Shown in pieces: positions 60,685 through 64,000 of a DNA stretch of 64,000 nucleotides (positions are counted from its first letter, which is position 1; each line of letters starts with the position of its first letter). The notes under the pieces were generated by a model. The model searched no databases, was not told where the DNA came from, and saw only the letters and a program-made list of their open reading frames with translations. Source of the DNA: Planctomycetota bacterium (GTDB lineage: Bacteria; Planctomycetota; B15-G4); contig JBBQUR010000010.1 of assembly GCA_038212275.1 (NCBI GenBank), positions 32,001 to 96,000 of the forward strand, written 5' to 3'. A program made the translations under genes and the position numbers.

Positions 60685-61323
60685 ATGCACCCATCGGACG
60701 ACACCAGCGACCCGGAACGCACCACGCCTCGCGACGATGCGGCCGACGCCGGTCACGCGACGCCGCGCGACGACGTAGCCGGCAACGCGCCCGTGATGCC
60801 GCGCGACGACGCGGCTGACGTGTCGCCCGGCGCGGCACGCGAGCTGCCGCGCCGTGAGGGCGACCGCCGCGCGCGCCCGACGCCGTGGATGTCGCGCTAC
60901 TGGCTCACCGGGCGGCGCCGCGGCCCGCGCCGCGAGGACGACTCGCGCGAAACCTACGTGGACCGCTACGAGCGCCGCGAGTGGGTGCTCGTGGTCGGCA
61001 TCGTGGTGGCGTGCGTGCTCGACCTGCTGCTCACGCTGGATTACCTCGATCAGGGCGGCGAGGAATGGAACCCGCTCATGGCGCGCGCGCTGGAGCACGG
61101 CACGGGCGCCTTCATCGCGCTGAAGATGGGCCTCACCGCGGGCTGCCTGCTCTTCCTGCTCGTGCGCATCCGCTTCCGCGGCGTGCGGCGCGCGGTGCAG
61201 CTCCTGCTGGTCGCGTATCTGCTGCTCATGGGCTGGCACGGCGTCGTGCGCCTGGGTCTTCCGGACACCACGTCCGTTGCCGCGGAGAGCCTCTCGCGCG
61301 GCGCCGGGAGCAAGTCGCCGTGA
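60685..61323 (+). CDS. DUF5658-like small membrane protein with Arg-rich N-terminal region
   Basis: LD..LTL..L..GG.E.NPLM......G...F...K motif; RR.GDRR / RRRGPRR..D....YVDRY upstream. Confidence 0.7.
   Translation: MHPSDDTSDPERTTPRDDAADAGHATPRDDVAGNAPVMPRDDAADVSPGAARELPRREGDRRARPTPWMSRYWLTGRRRGPRREDDSRETYVDRYERREWVLVVGIVVACVLDLLLTLDYLDQGGEEWNPLMARALEHGTGAFIALKMGLTAGCLLFLLVRIRFRGVRRAVQLLLVAYLLLMGWHGVVRLGLPDTTSVAAESLSRGAGSKSP
60724..60831. repeat. Degenerate 36-bp repeat x3 encoding (T/M)PRDD-containing 12-mers
   Basis: TPRDDAADAGHA, TPRDDVAGNAPV, MPRDDAADVSPG. Confidence 0.7.
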
Positions 61324-63440
61324 CGGCGCGCACGGACAGCTCGGCGACACGTCCGGCGACGACCTCCGAGACTGCTGCCGGGACGGCCGCCGCGTCGCGC
61401 GGCGCGCTGCCGCGCCCGCCGCGCGCCGCGTGGCTCCTCGCCGCCGCGCTCTTCGTGAACGAGCTGTGGTGCAACGTGGCGCTGCTCGCGGATTGCTTCG
61501 GCGGCGCGAAGGTCATGCGCTCGGTGTCGTCGGACCTGGGCGGGCTCATGTGGCGGCTCGCGTGGACGCTGCTGGGCATGCTCGCCCTCAGCGCGCTGCT
61601 GCTGCTCGCCGTCTCGTGGGCCTGGGCGGCCGTGTGCCGCGTGCTGGCCGCCGGCGTGCGCGCCCGCTGGGGAGAGTCGCGCGCGGTGCGACTTTCCTTC
61701 GGCTTCGTCACCACGCTGGTCTTCGTCAACACGTGGTATTCGCTGCACGCTCTGCTGCTGCCGGCCAGCCAGCTCCGCGGCTCGTGGCTGGCCATGCTCT
61801 CCGGCGCGCTCGCGCGGCGGCCGATGGATGATCCGGCCGGCGTCGTCGTGCCCGCCTGCATGGCTGCGGCGACGGCCGTCCTGACGTGTCGTGCGCTGGT
61901 GGCGTCGCGTGCGCTGCGGCGTCAGCTCGCCGGCGCCGCGTGTGGCGTCGCGTTGCTGCTCGGCGGCTACGCCTGGTGCCGCAGCAGCGGGCCCGTCGCG
62001 CCGTTCACGCAGCAGGGCAATGTCGTGCTGCTGGGCCTCGACTCCTTCCAGATGAACCGGCTCTCCTCGGGCGGCGCGCCGCTCTCTCCGGCGCCGCACA
62101 TCGACGAGTTCCTGGGAGAGAGCTTCCGCTTCGACAATGCGTGGACGCCGCTGGCGCGCACCTATCCGTCGTGGATCTCCCTGCTCACGGGCCGCGAACC
62201 GGTCCACCACGGCGTGCGCTTCAATCTCATCGGCGACGACCACCTCGACGCGGCCAACGTCTTCCTGCCGCAACGGCTGCAGGAGCGCGGCTACGCGACG
62301 CTGCACGCCACCGACGAGACGCGCTTCTCCATCATCCGCCCGCAGTTCGGCTTCGACGCGCTCGTGCACCCGGCGATGGGCGCGCAGGACTTCCTGCTGA
62401 GCAGCTTCTTCGACTTCTCTACGGCCAATCTGCTGCGCAGGACGCGCCTCGGCCACGACCTGTTCCCGGCGGTGCGCGGCAACCGCGCCTCGGCGGCCTA
62501 CGCGCCGGAGCTCTGGACGCAGGACGTGATCGCGGCCATCGACGAGCTGCCGCGCGACCGCCCCGTCTTCATCGCGCTGCACCTCTGCGGCAACCACTGG
62601 CCCTTCAGCACGCCCGCGCCGTATGCGCACGCCGACGCCGACCCGGTGGCCTGCTGCATGCGCATGGTGGACGATCAGGCCGGCGCGATCCTCGCCCACC
62701 TGCGCGAGGTCGGCCTCATGGAGCGCTCCACTGTCGCGATGCTCTCGGATCACGGCGACGGCTGGTCCGGCATCCCCGGCGATGACACCAATTCGCACGG
62801 CGACGACCTGCGCAGCCCGTGGGCCAACCGCATCGTGCTCGGCCTGCGCGTGCCCGGTCTGGCGCCGGGCGTGTCCACGCAGCTCGTGCGCTCCTTCGAC
62901 CTTGCGCCGACGCTGCTCGACCTGCTCGACGTGCCGTACGACACCGCGTCGATGGACGGACGCTCGCTGCGGCCGCTGCTGCGCGCCGCGCAGCCCGATG
63001 CGACGAGTGCCGGCTCCCTCGACACCGCGGCCGACGCGCCGCGCGAACTGTTCGCGGAGACCGACCTCGACCGGCGCGTGTACACCGTGAAGCAGCTCGT
63101 GCAGCAGAACGCGCTGTGGTATCGCACCGATCCGGAGAGCGGCCTGGTCTTCCTGCGCGAGGAAGGCTTCCACGAGTTCATGCCGCTCAAGTGGTACATG
63201 CTCGTGTCGGGCACGCGGCGGCTGGTGGTGGTGCCGTTCAAGCAGCGCTTCGAGCTGCACCAGCTGGACGCGGCCACCGGCCGCGACCGGCCCGACGCCG
63301 ACGTCGCCACGCTGCCGACCGCAGAGAAGGCCGAGCTGCTCGACCGGCTCATCGAGCACTTCGCGCTGGATGGCCAGGTGCTCCGACAGGCCGCGCAGGC
63401 CTCCGGCTTCCTGCCGCGAGAGGTGGCGTCGGCGCGCTGA
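61320..63440 (+). CDS. Membrane-anchored sulfatase-like hydrolase/transferase (alkaline phosphatase superfamily)
   Basis: About five N-terminal TM helices, NVVLLGLDS, PLARTYPSW.SLLTG..P..HG.R.N, HWPF, SDHG and D.APTLL; GTG overlaps the previous stop. Confidence 0.85.
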   Translation: MTARTDSSATRPATTSETAAGTAAASRGALPRPPRAAWLLAAALFVNELWCNVALLADCFGGAKVMRSVSSDLGGLMWRLAWTLLGMLALSALLLLAVSWAWAAVCRVLAAGVRARWGESRAVRLSFGFVTTLVFVNTWYSLHALLLPASQLRGSWLAMLSGALARRPMDDPAGVVVPACMAAATAVLTCRALVASRALRRQLAGAACGVALLLGGYAWCRSSGPVAPFTQQGNVVLLGLDSFQMNRLSSGGAPLSPAPHIDEFLGESFRFDNAWTPLARTYPSWISLLTGREPVHHGVRFNLIGDDHLDAANVFLPQRLQERGYATLHATDETRFSIIRPQFGFDALVHPAMGAQDFLLSSFFDFSTANLLRRTRLGHDLFPAVRGNRASAAYAPELWTQDVIAAIDELPRDRPVFIALHLCGNHWPFSTPAPYAHADADPVACCMRMVDDQAGAILAHLREVGLMERSTVAMLSDHGDGWSGIPGDDTNSHGDDLRSPWANRIVLGLRVPGLAPGVSTQLVRSFDLAPTLLDLLDVPYDTASMDGRSLRPLLRAAQPDATSAGSLDTAADAPRELFAETDLDRRVYTVKQLVQQNALWYRTDPESGLVFLREEGFHEFMPLKWYMLVSGTRRLVVVPFKQRFELHQLDAATGRDRPDADVATLPTAEKAELLDRLIEHFALDGQVLRQAAQASGFLPREVASAR

Positions 63441-63442
63441 CG

Positions 63443-63570
63443 CGCCGAGACGCCGAGACGCCGAGACGCCGAGACGCCGAGACGGTGAGACGGTGAGACG
63501 GTGAGACGGTGAGACGGTGAGACGGTGAGACGGTGAGACGCCGACACGGCGAGACGCTGAGGCGCCGACA
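63443..63570. repeat. 8-bp tandem array: CGCCGAGA x5, CGGTGAGA x7, then 4 degenerate units
   Basis: Read directly; fills almost the whole gap between two convergent genes. Confidence 0.95.
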
Positions 63571-63584
63571 GGCCGGGTCGCGCG

Positions 63585-64000
63585 TCAGGCCGGTGCGGAA
63601 AGCGCGCGGCCGAGCAGGCGGGCGACATCTTCGGGCAGCATCGCTTCCTCGCCGAGCTCGGCGGCGGCGAGGTCTCCCGCGACGGCGTGCGCGTGCACGC
63701 CGAGTGCCGCCGCGGAGGCCGCGTCGGGGAGTGAGGTCGGCACGCGGCAGAGCAGCGCGCCGATCGCGCCGGAGAGCACATCGCCCATGCCGCCGCGCGC
63801 CATGCCCGGGTTGCCGGCGGTCTCGACGCGAGCGCGGCTCCCGTCGGTGACCACGCTGCCGTGGCCCTTCAGCACGACGATGGCGCCGCACGCGCGCGCG
63901 AAGCGGACGGCTGCGGCGAGGCGCGCCGCGGGAGTCGCCGGATGCGCGTCGGCGTCGGACCAGCCCGCCGCCGTGGCGAGGCGCGCAAACTCGCCGGGAT
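63585..64000 (-). CDS. nnrD: ADP-dependent NAD(P)H-hydrate dehydratase (YjeF C-terminal domain), 5' truncated by window edge
   Basis: PGEFARL, VVLKG..SVV and GNPGMARGGMGDVLSG.I.ALL. Confidence 0.9.
   Translation of the reverse strand, partial: PGEFARLATAAGWSDADAHPATPAARLAAAVRFARACGAIVVLKGHGSVVTDGSRARVETAGNPGMARGGMGDVLSGAIGALLCRVPTSLPDAASAAALGVHAHAVAGDLAAAELGEEAMLPEDVARLLGRALSAPA

Noticed and set aside
63443..63570. Possible CRISPR array
   Set aside because: The units are 8 bp and contiguous with no unique spacers, and there are no cas genes.

Overview
A very GC-rich, gene-dense bacterial chromosome segment. It is probably Planctomycetota, inferred from the GyrA HPHGE..YPT motif, the large signal peptidase I insertion and the RsmB insertion; taxonomy is not proven. 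The window opens inside dnaN, followed by dciA(DUF721)-gyrB. A minus-strand envelope operon follows: kdsD-kdsC-[954-aa repeat protein]-lptD-tatA/B-like. Housekeeping genes include an M50 protease, scpA, trxA, fmt, rsmB, a TIM-barrel epimerase, a nitroreductase, a LeuA-like enzyme, signal peptidase I, dapF, gyrA, ribBA, carB and partial nnrD. There are three ECF sigma/anti-sigma modules, a GT2 + GT-C glycosyltransferase pair and a three-gene two-component system. A PilM-PilN/GspL-like + GspM-like pair lies upstream of a ~14-kb type IV filament (T4P/T2SS-like) cluster that ends in a membrane-anchored sulfatase-like protein. The most novel-looking item is the 954-aa membrane-anchored protein at the syntenic lptC/lptA position, built from four tandem beta-rich repeats; it is a candidate single-chain, extra-long LPS transport bridge. 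Other candidates are a highly structured intergenic RNA after the major pilin, an orphan tandem winged-helix protein, a degenerate spermidine-synthase-like membrane protein coupled to dapF, several apparently leaderless genes and many short tandem repeats. No rRNA, tRNA, CRISPR array, integrase or transposase was recognised. All family assignments come from motif recognition by eye, not database searches.
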